Source: Desulfatiglandales bacterium (lineage in GTDB: Bacteria > Desulfobacterota > DSM-4660 > Desulfatiglandales > Desulfatiglandaceae). Taken from it: a stretch of 64,000 nt of DNA. Made by a program: the position numbers and the translations under genes. A model generated the notes under the pieces. That model was not told the DNA's origin. It worked only from the letters and a program-made list of their open reading frames with translations, and ran no database searches. The stretch covers positions 2,592,001 through 2,656,000 of the forward strand of contig OY762721.1 of the NCBI GenBank assembly GCA_963666345.1. Direction: 5' to 3'. Of this stretch, positions 51,217-60,587 are shown one piece after another; within the stretch, counting starts at the first letter, position 1; each line of letters opens with the position of its first letter.

Positions 51217-52695
51217 TCATATTTTACGGTAGTGCACAAATCTTTCCACTTCCATCTTGAGCCAATCGGGCCAGAAGGCCTCGTCAATCGGGTAGCTTGC
51301 GTCCAGGGCCTGAAACGATCCCTCGCCCGCCACCTTTTTTATCCTTTCCTGGGTGTTGTACTTTACCTCGTCGACACCCACCAGTTTTGCCACGGCATGA
51401 TTGATTTCATCCAGGTCCTTGTCATAGGGGTTATCCCCTGTAAATGCGCGTTGCGCGGCAAGTTCCTTGATGCTTTCCTCTCCCCTGTGCCATTCCTTGA
51501 ATGAGGGGAAAAACATCGGGCCGTAAGAGATCCAGAACTCTATAAACCTGGCCCCGGCGTTGTATGTAACCCAGACTGAACCTCCCTCGCTGACCGTTCC
51601 CCTTACTATGCTGTCATCGCCCATTGCGATACTTCTGCCGCTCAGCAGGGAATCTATACCCCCGAATTTGAGCCCTACTTCCTGATTTCTTGTCTGTTTG
51701 GCACCCTCCTGGAAGGTCCTGACCGCCTGGGGCAGTTTTATCAGCGCCGGATAAAGGGGCTTTTTCAGGCCTTCTGCTATGCCGACCGATACACCCCAGC
51801 CTGACTCCGGGTTTGGTATTACAATGTCCGCTTTTGAACAATTATAGTATTCAGTAAGCTCAAGGCCGAGTTCTCTCCTGATCTGAAATATCTCCTTGCC
51901 TCTGAACCTGGATGCCACGTTTCCGTAATAGACTCCCTGGAAGATGTCGGGCGCCATAGGGGATTCCTTGAGGCGCCTGGTTTCGACCCCGCCTGAAGAG
52001 CATATGGTCATTTCCGCGCCGTCATACTCGTTTTCGGTAATTCCGTGCAGCCTTCTGTGAGAGCATGACTCCGAGCTGGCAATGAACATCCCGTCTATCG
52101 TGGCGTAACAGAAAGGCTCAAAGGCCTTTTCATCGTTAAGGGCCAGCAGGTAGACTTCTTTTCCCCTGTGCAGAAGACAGGTTATGGCAAAGGTTGCCCT
52201 GCCCTTTAGCCTTTCCAGAAGTCTGTGGCCCGCGGAAAAGACGATTCCTTCCTCTTCCAGGTACTTGTGAAAAAGGGCACCCACTATCTCGGTCTTATTA
52301 TCGGTCTGGATGCTGTATTCCGGTTCAATCTCGGCCCTGAGGTCGTCATCCCTTATGAGATAACCGTCCATAGTCAGTACCATGCTTATGGAACAGGATC
52401 TTTTGGGCTTTATTTCTATCGGTTCGGCATTGATTTTTTCCGCTATCTTCCTTTTCGTATACCCGATATTGCCTATGGCGGCTACAGGTTCCAGGTCTGT
52501 AAACGTCTTTATTATGTTGTAATCTATTACCTCGGCTATCCTTCCGAGCCCCTTGTGAACATAAAGGCCCTTTGAGGTCCCGATGGCAAGGCCGGTGCAG
52601 GCCTTGCCTCTGTGCTGGCAGGCGCCGGTGGCAAGAAAGGTCTTGGAAACCAGGTCCGCATCATTATGCGCATAGGTTCCTACGATTCCGTCCAT
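51217..52695 (-). CDS. purF: Amidophosphoribosyltransferase (PurF) homolog lacking the N-terminal catalytic Cys
   Basis: MDGIVG, QHRG, PESG, RTF, PRPP loop DDSIVRGT. Confidence 0.7.
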   Translation of the reverse strand: MDGIVGTYAHNDADLVSKTFLATGACQHRGKACTGLAIGTSKGLYVHKGLGRIAEVIDYNIIKTFTDLEPVAAIGNIGYTKRKIAEKINAEPIEIKPKRSCSISMVLTMDGYLIRDDDLRAEIEPEYSIQTDNKTEIVGALFHKYLEEEGIVFSAGHRLLERLKGRATFAITCLLHRGKEVYLLALNDEKAFEPFCYATIDGMFIASSESCSHRRLHGITENEYDGAEMTICSSGGVETRRLKESPMAPDIFQGVYYGNVASRFRGKEIFQIRRELGLELTEYYNCSKADIVIPNPESGWGVSVGIAEGLKKPLYPALIKLPQAVRTFQEGAKQTRNQEVGLKFGGIDSLLSGRSIAMGDDSIVRGTVSEGGSVWVTYNAGARFIEFWISYGPMFFPSFKEWHRGEESIKELAAQRAFTGDNPYDKDLDEINHAVAKLVGVDEVKYNTQERIKKVAGEGSFQALDASYPIDEAFWPDWLKMEVERFVHYRKI

Positions 52696-52832
52696 ATTTC
52701 ATGTTCCTCCGGAAATGGTGTCCCAGGATAAGGGTTTTTCAGATGAGACGGCCATGTGTTACTGTTTCACCTGGTTGACGGGCCTTGCGGCTATTCATCC
52801 AAGGAAGCGGGACCGGTTCATTCGGTCCCGAA

Positions 52833-55800
52833 CTATTTGATATCCGCATGATAACTCTGGAGCGATTTCATCTGCCCTCTTCCCCGCAGTTTGGCTACTA
52901 TGCCCCTTGCCGCTGCAAGGGCGGCCGACAGGGTGGTTATATAGGGGACCCTGTATCTTATGGCGGCCTTTCTGATATAGGAATCGTCATGCTTGCTGAG
53001 TCTTCCGCTGGGTGTGTTTATAATGAGCTGTATCTCATTGTTTTTAATGGCATCAACGATATTGGGCCGCCCTTCATGCACCTTCAGTATCTTCTCGGAC
53101 CTTACATAGTGTTCTTCCAGAAAATCATGTGTTCCTTGAGTGGCCCGTACCTTGAATCCGAGTGTGGCGAAAAGCCTTGCCACTTCTATTACAGCCGGCC
53201 TGTCCATCTCGGAAACGGTTATGAGAACCGTTCCCTCCGAAGGCAGGATCTGCTGTGCGGCCTCCTGGGCCTTCAGATATGCAAGCCCGAACTTGTCGGC
53301 CATGCCGAGTACCTCCCCTGTGGAGCGCATTTCAGGGCCGAGGATCGGGTCGACTTCGGAAAACATGTTGAAGGGAAATACCGCCTCTTTGACGCCGTAG
53401 TGGGGTATGGACTTGGGTGAGATGTCGAGTTCCGAGATTTTTTTACCGAGCATGAGCTGGGTGGCTATCCTTGCCATTGAAATATTACATACCTTTGAGA
53501 CAAGCGGCACGGTCCTGGAGGCCCTTGGGTTGGCCTCGATTATATAGACCGTGTCTTGTGCTATTGCATACTGGATGTTCATGAGCCCTACCACGTTAAG
53601 GTCTTTTGCAATCTTACGGTTATTCTCAAATATGGTGACCAGATGTTTGGCAGGGATACTTACGGGCGGGATTACGCAGGCCGAATCCCCTGAATGGATG
53701 CCGGCCAGTTCTATATGCTCCATAATAGCCGGCACAAAGGCGTCCGTGCCGTCGGCAACCGCGTCGGCTTCCACCTCGATTGCGTTTTCAAGAAACCTGT
53801 CAATGAGTATGGGGCGTTCCGGACTCACATCTACCGCGGCTGAGACATAATGCCTCAGCATCTCTTCGTCGTGAATCACCTCCATCGCCCTTCCGCCAAG
53901 CACATAGGAAGGCCTTACCATTAACGGATAACCTATGGAACCGGCCACTTCAAGGGCCTGCTCCATATTGCTTGCCATGCCCGATTCAGGCTGATTAATG
54001 CCCAGTTTTCTCATCTTTTGACGAAAACGGTCCCTGTCCTCGGCAAGGTCTATGGTATCGGGCGATGTCCCTATGATGTTTACACCCTGCTCGGCAAGCT
54101 CGGAAGCGATATTGAGCGGAGTCTGCCCTCCGAACTGGACTATGACCCCTTCAGGTTTCTCCTTTTCATATATGCTCAGGACATCTTCCACGGTCAGAGG
54201 TTCGAAATAGAGCTTGTCGGACGTGTCATAATCGGTTGATACCGTCTCAGGATTACAGTTGACCATGATGGATTCATAGCCCATATCACGAAGGGCAAAG
54301 GCCGCATGCACGCAGCAATAGTCAAATTCGATACCCTGACCTATCCTGTTGGGCCCTCCCCCGAGCACCATGATCTTTTTCCTGTCGCTTGTTTCAACCT
54401 GGTCAGGGGCGTTATATGTGGAAAAATAATATGCGGCGTTCTCTGCCCCGCTGACCGGAACAGGCTCCCATCCCTGAACAATCCCGAGGGATTTTCTTTT
54501 TTCTCTTATCTCCTTTTCCCCCTTTTGCAGGATCAAGGAGAGATAGCGATCGGAAAAACCGTCTTTTTTAGCCTTTTCAAGGAGCTGTTCAGGGATGTCC
54601 TTCCCCCTGTACGTGAGTATCTTCTCCTCCAGCTCAACCAGTTCCTTCATCTGCTCGATGAACCAGGCCTTGATGTGTGTCTTTTCATGGAGAATTTCAA
54701 CGGATGCGCCTTTTCTTAAGGCCTCATACATGATGAACTGTCTTTCGCTTGAGGGTTCCGACAAGAGGTCAAGGAGGTCATCAAGCGGTTTTTCATGGAA
54801 ATCCTTTGCAAATCCAAGCCCGTATCTGTTGATTTCAAGAGAGCGAATCGCCTTTTGAAAGGACTCCTTGTAGGTCTTCCCGATACTCATGACCTCGCCT
54901 ACGGCACGCATCTGGGTCCCCAGTTTATCCTCTGCGCCCTCGAACTTTTCAAAGGCCCAGCGGGCGAATTTCACTACGACATAATCTCCCCATGGCTCAT
55001 ATTTTTCCAGGGTCCCCTCTTTCCAGTAGGGGATTTCATCCAGCGTGAGTCCCCCCGCCAGAAGAGAGGAGACCAGCGCTATCGGGAATCCGGTGGCCTT
55101 TGACGCCAGGGCTGACGACCGGGATGTCCTGGGATTTATCTCGATTACCACCACACGGTCGGTCTTTGGATCGTGGGCGAACTGGATGTTGGTCCCGCCG
55201 ATGACCTTTATCGCCTCTACAATGTCGTAGGAATATTTCTGAAGACGTTTCTGCAGCTCAGGAGCGATCGTAAGCATAGGCGCCGTGCAGAAGGAATCTC
55301 CGGTGTGAACCCCCATGGCATCGACGTTTTCAATGAAACAGACGGTAATCATCTGGTTCTTGGAATCCCTTACGACTTCAAGCTCCAGTTCTTCCCAACC
55401 CAGGACGGATTCTTCCACAAGGACCTGACCGACAAGACTGGCGGCAAGGCCTCTTCCCGCAACCGTTCTCAGCTCCTCAACATTATATACCAGACCGCCT
55501 CCCGTACCTCCCATGGTATAGGCCGGCCTGATTACAACTGGATAGCCCAGCTGATCGGCTATCTTTTCCGTTTCCTCCACTGAGAAGGCAGGCTCGCTTT
55601 TGGGCATATCGATCCCTAGACCGTTCATCGTCTCTTTGAATGCGATCCTGTCTTCACCCCTCTCAATGGCATCTATCTCAACGCCTATGACCTTGACGCC
55701 GTGCTTTTCGAGCACTCCTCTTCGGGCCAGCTCAGAGGAAAGATTAAGGCCAGACTGTCCCCCCAGGTTCGGGAGGATCGCGTCCGGTTTTTCCTTTTCA

Positions 55801-56033
55801 ATGATTTCCGTGATGGTATCCGCATTGAGCGGCTCTATGTAGGTGGCGTCAGCAGTATCCGGATCGGTCATAATTGTTGCGGGGTTTGAATTTACCAGCA
55901 CTATTTCATACCCAAGCTTTTTTAAGGCCTTGCAGGCCTGAGTGCCTGAATAATCAAACTCGCAGGCCTGTCCTATAACTATGGGCCCCGAGCCTATAAT
56001 CATAACCTTATTGATATCGGTACGTTTTGGCAT
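52833..56033 (-). CDS. carB: Carbamoyl-phosphate synthase large subunit
   Basis: MPKRTDI, GSGPIVIGQACEFDYSG, duplicated ATP-grasp, GPNRIGQGIEFDY, MGS domain. Confidence 0.97.
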   Translation of the reverse strand: MPKRTDINKVMIIGSGPIVIGQACEFDYSGTQACKALKKLGYEIVLVNSNPATIMTDPDTADATYIEPLNADTITEIIEKEKPDAILPNLGGQSGLNLSSELARRGVLEKHGVKVIGVEIDAIERGEDRIAFKETMNGLGIDMPKSEPAFSVEETEKIADQLGYPVVIRPAYTMGGTGGGLVYNVEELRTVAGRGLAASLVGQVLVEESVLGWEELELEVVRDSKNQMITVCFIENVDAMGVHTGDSFCTAPMLTIAPELQKRLQKYSYDIVEAIKVIGGTNIQFAHDPKTDRVVVIEINPRTSRSSALASKATGFPIALVSSLLAGGLTLDEIPYWKEGTLEKYEPWGDYVVVKFARWAFEKFEGAEDKLGTQMRAVGEVMSIGKTYKESFQKAIRSLEINRYGLGFAKDFHEKPLDDLLDLLSEPSSERQFIMYEALRKGASVEILHEKTHIKAWFIEQMKELVELEEKILTYRGKDIPEQLLEKAKKDGFSDRYLSLILQKGEKEIREKRKSLGIVQGWEPVPVSGAENAAYYFSTYNAPDQVETSDRKKIMVLGGGPNRIGQGIEFDYCCVHAAFALRDMGYESIMVNCNPETVSTDYDTSDKLYFEPLTVEDVLSIYEKEKPEGVIVQFGGQTPLNIASELAEQGVNIIGTSPDTIDLAEDRDRFRQKMRKLGINQPESGMASNMEQALEVAGSIGYPLMVRPSYVLGGRAMEVIHDEEMLRHYVSAAVDVSPERPILIDRFLENAIEVEADAVADGTDAFVPAIMEHIELAGIHSGDSACVIPPVSIPAKHLVTIFENNRKIAKDLNVVGLMNIQYAIAQDTVYIIEANPRASRTVPLVSKVCNISMARIATQLMLGKKISELDISPKSIPHYGVKEAVFPFNMFSEVDPILGPEMRSTGEVLGMADKFGLAYLKAQEAAQQILPSEGTVLITVSEMDRPAVIEVARLFATLGFKVRATQGTHDFLEEHYVRSEKILKVHEGRPNIVDAIKNNEIQLIINTPSGRLSKHDDSYIRKAAIRYRVPYITTLSAALAAARGIVAKLRGRGQMKSLQSYHADIK

Positions 56034-56300
56034 GAGTCTCTCCTTAGCTGTGATTAATGTCCAAAGGCATCAAAGGCCTCCGCCTGCCGCCTCTTGATAA
56101 GGACTATATGAATTCGGAATTAAACCGTGTCCGCCGTCAATATCTCTTTTCGTGAAAACATGCTTATACAGGAAGCGGCAAGCGGTCATGGCACATATGA
56201 AAATGATGTGGTTTGTTTTACAGAGAAAGGCGACAGACCATGTGCCTCCGCAAGTCCCGGCCTAGGTGGGCGCAAGTGGTAAAACAATACAGTCGCCGAA

Positions 56301-56329
56301 ACTATAGAGGAGCACCGGTTTTGTGTCAA
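56301..56329 (-). promoter_or_regulatory. Sigma70 promoter upstream of carB
   Basis: TTGACA-17-TATAGT. Confidence 0.65.
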
Positions 56330-56442
56330 GAGGAAACTAGGCCGATTTACATGGGGTGTAACTAACTGAGAATATATGATATTCAGACATCGACATGCCT
56401 TTTTTTAAATCCCATCTTCCAAAGAGAGGCCATCGGATCGCT

Positions 56443-56946
56443 TCAGCCGGCGGAATTGCCGTGGGGAATATCTTCAAAGGATTTTACCCCCCCTTCCAGG
56501 AATTCCTTTAAGACCCTTATATGCCTTTTTTCTTCATCGATAATGGTTTCAATGCAGTTGAAGGCCTCGGTGCCGTTAATAAATGAGCATAACATCTCGT
56601 AAAAGATCACCGTATCCTTTTCAAATTCGATTGCCTTCTCCAGTATCTCCTCAACCCGGTCCAGGCTGTGAAGGTCGTCGTCCTCAAGCGAAAAGGCCTG
56701 CCCCCCCATTACCGCGCCTAACATCTCCCGGCCGAGCCTGTCGATCCGCTCATCCTGAGTTTGCTCATTAAACTCCTTGCAGAGTCTGTTGAAGACGGTC
56801 GCGTGCTCGGCCTCATCATCGGCTAGCCACTTTAAAAGGGATGCAAGCTCCGGGTTTGATGCCCTGCTTAAAGCCTCCCTGTAGATCCTTTCACCGTTTT
56901 CCTCAATCTGTACGGCAAAATCTATGATCTCTTTGATCGTAAACAT
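56443..56946 (-). CDS. Rubrerythrin/ferritin-like protein
   Basis: AVQIEENG..IY, DEAEH, AIEFEKDTVIFY, EEKRH. Start moved to MFTIKE. Confidence 0.82.
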   Translation of the reverse strand: MFTIKEIIDFAVQIEENGERIYREALSRASNPELASLLKWLADDEAEHATVFNRLCKEFNEQTQDERIDRLGREMLGAVMGGQAFSLEDDDLHSLDRVEEILEKAIEFEKDTVIFYEMLCSFINGTEAFNCIETIIDEEKRHIRVLKEFLEGGVKSFEDIPHGNSAG

Positions 56947-57111
56947 AATTGCAGTTGTTCCGTAGAATAATATGTATGCTAATGTTAAAATGCTAAATAT
57001 CAACAATTTAATATAGTATTTATCAATAAAATATGAAAGAAAAAAATCAGGAGCAGTTGATATCCTGATGAAGGTTTTTAATTGGGAAGTGTCTGCGGAA
57101 AGGCCTGCAAA

Positions 57112-57141
57112 ACAAAAAAGGCGGCCCAGAGGCCGCCTTTT
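57112..57141 (-). terminator. Intrinsic terminator of hsp20
   Basis: AAAAGGCGGCC/GGCCGCCTTTT stem with a U-tract on the minus strand. Confidence 0.8.
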
Positions 57142-57169
57142 GGTTTAATAATTTCAGGTAGTTGAATTA

Positions 57170-57613
57170 TTAGTTAACGCTTATTTTCTTTGGTTCCTTC
57201 TCTTTAGGTTTCGGTATTTCTATTGTCAGTACACCGTCCTTGAACTCTGCATTTATCATGTCCGGATCAAGGCCCTCAGGGAGCGAAAAAGACCTGTTGA
57301 ATCTGCCGTAGGCACGCTCTTTTTTATAGAAGTTTTCCTCTTTCACCTCATTTTCATATGACCTTTCACCACTCAGGGTAAGTACGCCCTCTTTCACATC
57401 CACGTTAACATCCTTTTTGTCAACACCCGGAAGCTCGGCCTTTATGGTGGTTTTTCCATCCTTTTCGAATATATCAACCGCCGGAGTCCAGTTCCCGATT
57501 CCGGATTCGTCCTTAACCCCTATACGTGGAAAAAAGGTCGTCCCGAATATATCGTTCATTCGGTCTGAAAATAGATCCATCTCTCTCATGGGTTTAAATC
57601 TCACAAGGTTCAT
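57170..57613 (-). CDS. Hsp20/alpha-crystallin small heat-shock protein
   Basis: PAVDIFE, AELPGV, LTLSGER, ER.YGRF.RSF.LP, AEFKDGVLTIEIPK. Confidence 0.95.
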   Translation of the reverse strand: MNLVRFKPMREMDLFSDRMNDIFGTTFFPRIGVKDESGIGNWTPAVDIFEKDGKTTIKAELPGVDKKDVNVDVKEGVLTLSGERSYENEVKEENFYKKERAYGRFNRSFSLPEGLDPDMINAEFKDGVLTIEIPKPKEKEPKKISVN

Positions 57614-57796
57614 TTCTGATACCTCCTTTCCGTGATATCAAATAATGTTTATAATCGATTCTCCGTGCTCAAAAAATAATTACGAGCGTTATGATGTCAA
57701 GGGGCCGGCTATTATAAATGTACATTATTTATATTTGACAAAAAAGAATAGTAATGTAAACATCAACTCCTTGGATTTAGCTGTCGGGAGGAGATA

Positions 57797-58411
57797 ATGG
57801 ATATAATCCGTAATGGAAAATATAATAAAGATGGTCCGGAAGGGGGTTGTTTTTCATCCAGCCTCAGGGGAAAGCAATCCGTCAGGGCTACCTTCAGGCT
57901 GTCGAAAAGGGCCATAGACATCCTAAGCCTTGTGTCCAGTCATTTGAAAATAAAACAAAAATCCCTCTTTGATCACCTTTTTGATGATCCTGTGACCATG
58001 GACTATCTGGCGCAAGGCATCGAAATAGGGGATTTCATAGAACTTGACCGGGTGCAGAAGACATATGTCATCAGCAGGAAGACTCTTTCCTGTCTCGATA
58101 ATGCCTCCAGATCCTTTGATTCTCCCAGAGACGCCCTTGTCGAATATGCGGTTTATCGTCTTCTGCCGGTTATCAAAGAAGAGCGTGAAAAACAGTGGAA
58201 GCGAAAACAGGTATTAAGCGATATTAATCTTTACCTCAAAAAGGGGATGGATATCCTGCATAAGAGCAGAGAGGCCCTGGGAGAAGATGATCCTCTATGC
58301 CTTAGCCTCGAAAAATTGATTCTCGGCCTTGATAATGCATGCTCCGAGATGGTGGATTTTGTCGAAAAAGGCAGTATAATCGAAACATTTGACAAGGAAG
58401 GCGATAAATGA
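57797..58411 (+). CDS. Hypothetical protein with two ribbon-helix-helix-like units
   Basis: SVRATFRLSKRAIDIL...KQKSLFDHL and RVQKTYVISRKTLSCL...PRDALVEYAV; SD GGAGGAG. Confidence 0.6.
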   Translation: MDIIRNGKYNKDGPEGGCFSSSLRGKQSVRATFRLSKRAIDILSLVSSHLKIKQKSLFDHLFDDPVTMDYLAQGIEIGDFIELDRVQKTYVISRKTLSCLDNASRSFDSPRDALVEYAVYRLLPVIKEEREKQWKRKQVLSDINLYLKKGMDILHKSREALGEDDPLCLSLEKLILGLDNACSEMVDFVEKGSIIETFDKEGDK

Positions 58412-58453
58412 AAATCGTGGAATCAATCCACTGTAAAGTACCATGGGTCAGAT

Positions 58454-60580
58454 ATGGTCTCACATGAAGGAACTACCGAATCGGAAACCGAACGCATGCT
58501 CTCAATTTTCATGGCGAATCTGCCAGGCATGGCCTACAGGATTGTCAAAAACAGCACCTGGAAATTGGAATTCATCAGCGAGGGCTGCCTTTCTCTTACA
58601 GGTTTTTCAGCCGAGGATATGATTGAGGGGAAGACGGTTTCTTACAGGGATTTGATTCGTGATGAAGACCGGGCCGAAATAAGATCCGCCCTGAGGAAGT
58701 CTCTGGAAAGAAAGACCCCTTTTCGTGTCGAGTACAGGATAAATACCGCCGCAGGTGAAGAAAAATGGGTCATGGAACAGGGTACCGGGGTTTTCAAAGA
58801 GGGCGTGGGCCTTGTCGCGCTTGAAGGGTTCGTGACCGATGTAACGGACAGGAAGAAGGCTGAAGAGGCCTTGCGGGAAAGCGAACGGAGGCTTCAGGTC
58901 AAGCTCGATTTCATGCTTTCCCCTGATGAGGATCTGGGGGATTTCTCTCTCCTGGACATAGTGGACCTGGAGGAGCTCCAGACCATCCAGGACGCCTTTG
59001 CACAGGCAAACGAGGTATCCACGACCATTTGCGACCTTGACGGCAATCCCATAACAAAGCCGAGCAATATGCCCACCGTATGCCAGCTTGTCAGACAGAC
59101 TGAGAAAGGCAGTGAGAGATGCGCCATATCCTCCAGGGTGTTGGGGGAAAAGGCGAGAAAAAAGATGACCCCGGTGTACCAGGATTGCCTGAGCCTTGGA
59201 TTCGTGGATGCCTGCGCGCCTATAATTGTTGCGGGAAAACATATCGCAAACTGGGTTGCGGGCCAGTGCAACGTGATGGGCGTGGACAGGAAAAGGATCA
59301 AGGAGTACGCAATAGAGATCGGTGCAGATGTAGGGGAGATGCTTCAGGCCTTTGACAGTATGCCCCCTCAGATGTCAGTCGAGCGCTTTGAGAAGGTGTT
59401 GAACCTTCAGTGGCTCATGGCAAAGGAGATATCAAGCCTGGGTTACAACAATCTCAAACTGGCAAAGCAGATCGCGGAACTGACCAAGACCAAGGAGGCC
59501 CTTGCAGAGAGCGAAGAGAGATCCAGGCGCCTTGTAGAAAATTCGCCGGTCGGTATTTTTATCTTCAGAAATGACCGCATGCTCTATATGAACCCTGAAC
59601 AGGAAAGGATCTCGGCTTGGCTTCCGCAGAGTTTTGCCTCGATGAATCTATCCTGTATACATAAGGATGACAGGGAAAAGGTGAATAAATTTATCAACCG
59701 GCTCCGTGCAGGGAAAAGCGGCAATATGGAAACTGAATTCAGGTTTTATTGCCACAATGAAGCCGAAGGCAGGGTGGAGACCAAATGGGTATCCTGCAGC
59801 GGAAGCAGTTTGGAATACGGGGGAAAAGAGGCCATCCTTGTCAACATAATGGATATTACCAGGGCCAAGGAACTGGCCAGGATGGTCAAGATCCAGGACA
59901 AGATGAGTTCATTAGGACGTGTAGCCGCTGGGATCGCACATGAAATAAGGAACCCCCTGTCAGGCATAAACATCTATCTTTCCGCTCTCAGAAAGATTCA
60001 TGAAAGGGGTTGCGATTTTGAAAGAGTGCAGGAGATCCTGGGCCAGCTGGAGTCTGCGTCCAACAAGATAGAATCGGTTATAAAAAGGGTGATGGATTTT
60101 TCGCGGCCGAGTGCCCCCAGACTCGAGATAACTCAAATAAACGAACCGGTGAAGGAGGCCCTTGAGCTTTCAGCCGTCATGCTGCGAAAGAGCGGGGTAA
60201 TTCTGGAAACTGATATCAAAGAGGATATGCCCCCCTGCGCCATAGACAGTCAGCTTTTTGAGCAGGTGGTGTTGAATTTTATTACCAATGCGGCAGAGGC
60301 CATGGAGAACCGGGAAGGGGAAAAAAGAATCAGAATATCTACGGACGCCTCTAAGTCATTTGCTATTGTCAGGGTCGCGGACTCAGGTCCCGGGGTAGAT
60401 TCGGAAGTAAGAGAAAATATTTTTGACCCCTTTTTTACTACAAAGAACGGAAGCTCCGGCATAGGCTTGAGCCTGAGCCACAGGATAATAAGCGATCACG
60501 GCGGTACCATCAATGTGGGCAAAAGCCGCTGGGCAGGGGCTGAATTCGTTATCTCACTGCCGCTTAAAAGGGGGAACTAA
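58454..60580 (+). CDS. PAS-PocR-PAS sensor histidine kinase
   Basis: NLPGMAYR PAS, PocR pattern (LQTIQDAF..., C..VR....G..RC..S, APIIV.G.HIA), AHEIRNPL, DSGPG, FFTTK. Confidence 0.88.
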   Translation: MVSHEGTTESETERMLSIFMANLPGMAYRIVKNSTWKLEFISEGCLSLTGFSAEDMIEGKTVSYRDLIRDEDRAEIRSALRKSLERKTPFRVEYRINTAAGEEKWVMEQGTGVFKEGVGLVALEGFVTDVTDRKKAEEALRESERRLQVKLDFMLSPDEDLGDFSLLDIVDLEELQTIQDAFAQANEVSTTICDLDGNPITKPSNMPTVCQLVRQTEKGSERCAISSRVLGEKARKKMTPVYQDCLSLGFVDACAPIIVAGKHIANWVAGQCNVMGVDRKRIKEYAIEIGADVGEMLQAFDSMPPQMSVERFEKVLNLQWLMAKEISSLGYNNLKLAKQIAELTKTKEALAESEERSRRLVENSPVGIFIFRNDRMLYMNPEQERISAWLPQSFASMNLSCIHKDDREKVNKFINRLRAGKSGNMETEFRFYCHNEAEGRVETKWVSCSGSSLEYGGKEAILVNIMDITRAKELARMVKIQDKMSSLGRVAAGIAHEIRNPLSGINIYLSALRKIHERGCDFERVQEILGQLESASNKIESVIKRVMDFSRPSAPRLEITQINEPVKEALELSAVMLRKSGVILETDIKEDMPPCAIDSQLFEQVVLNFITNAAEAMENREGEKRIRISTDASKSFAIVRVADSGPGVDSEVRENIFDPFFTTKNGSSGIGLSLSHRIISDHGGTINVGKSRWAGAEFVISLPLKRGN

Positions 60581-60587
60581 AAGAGAT

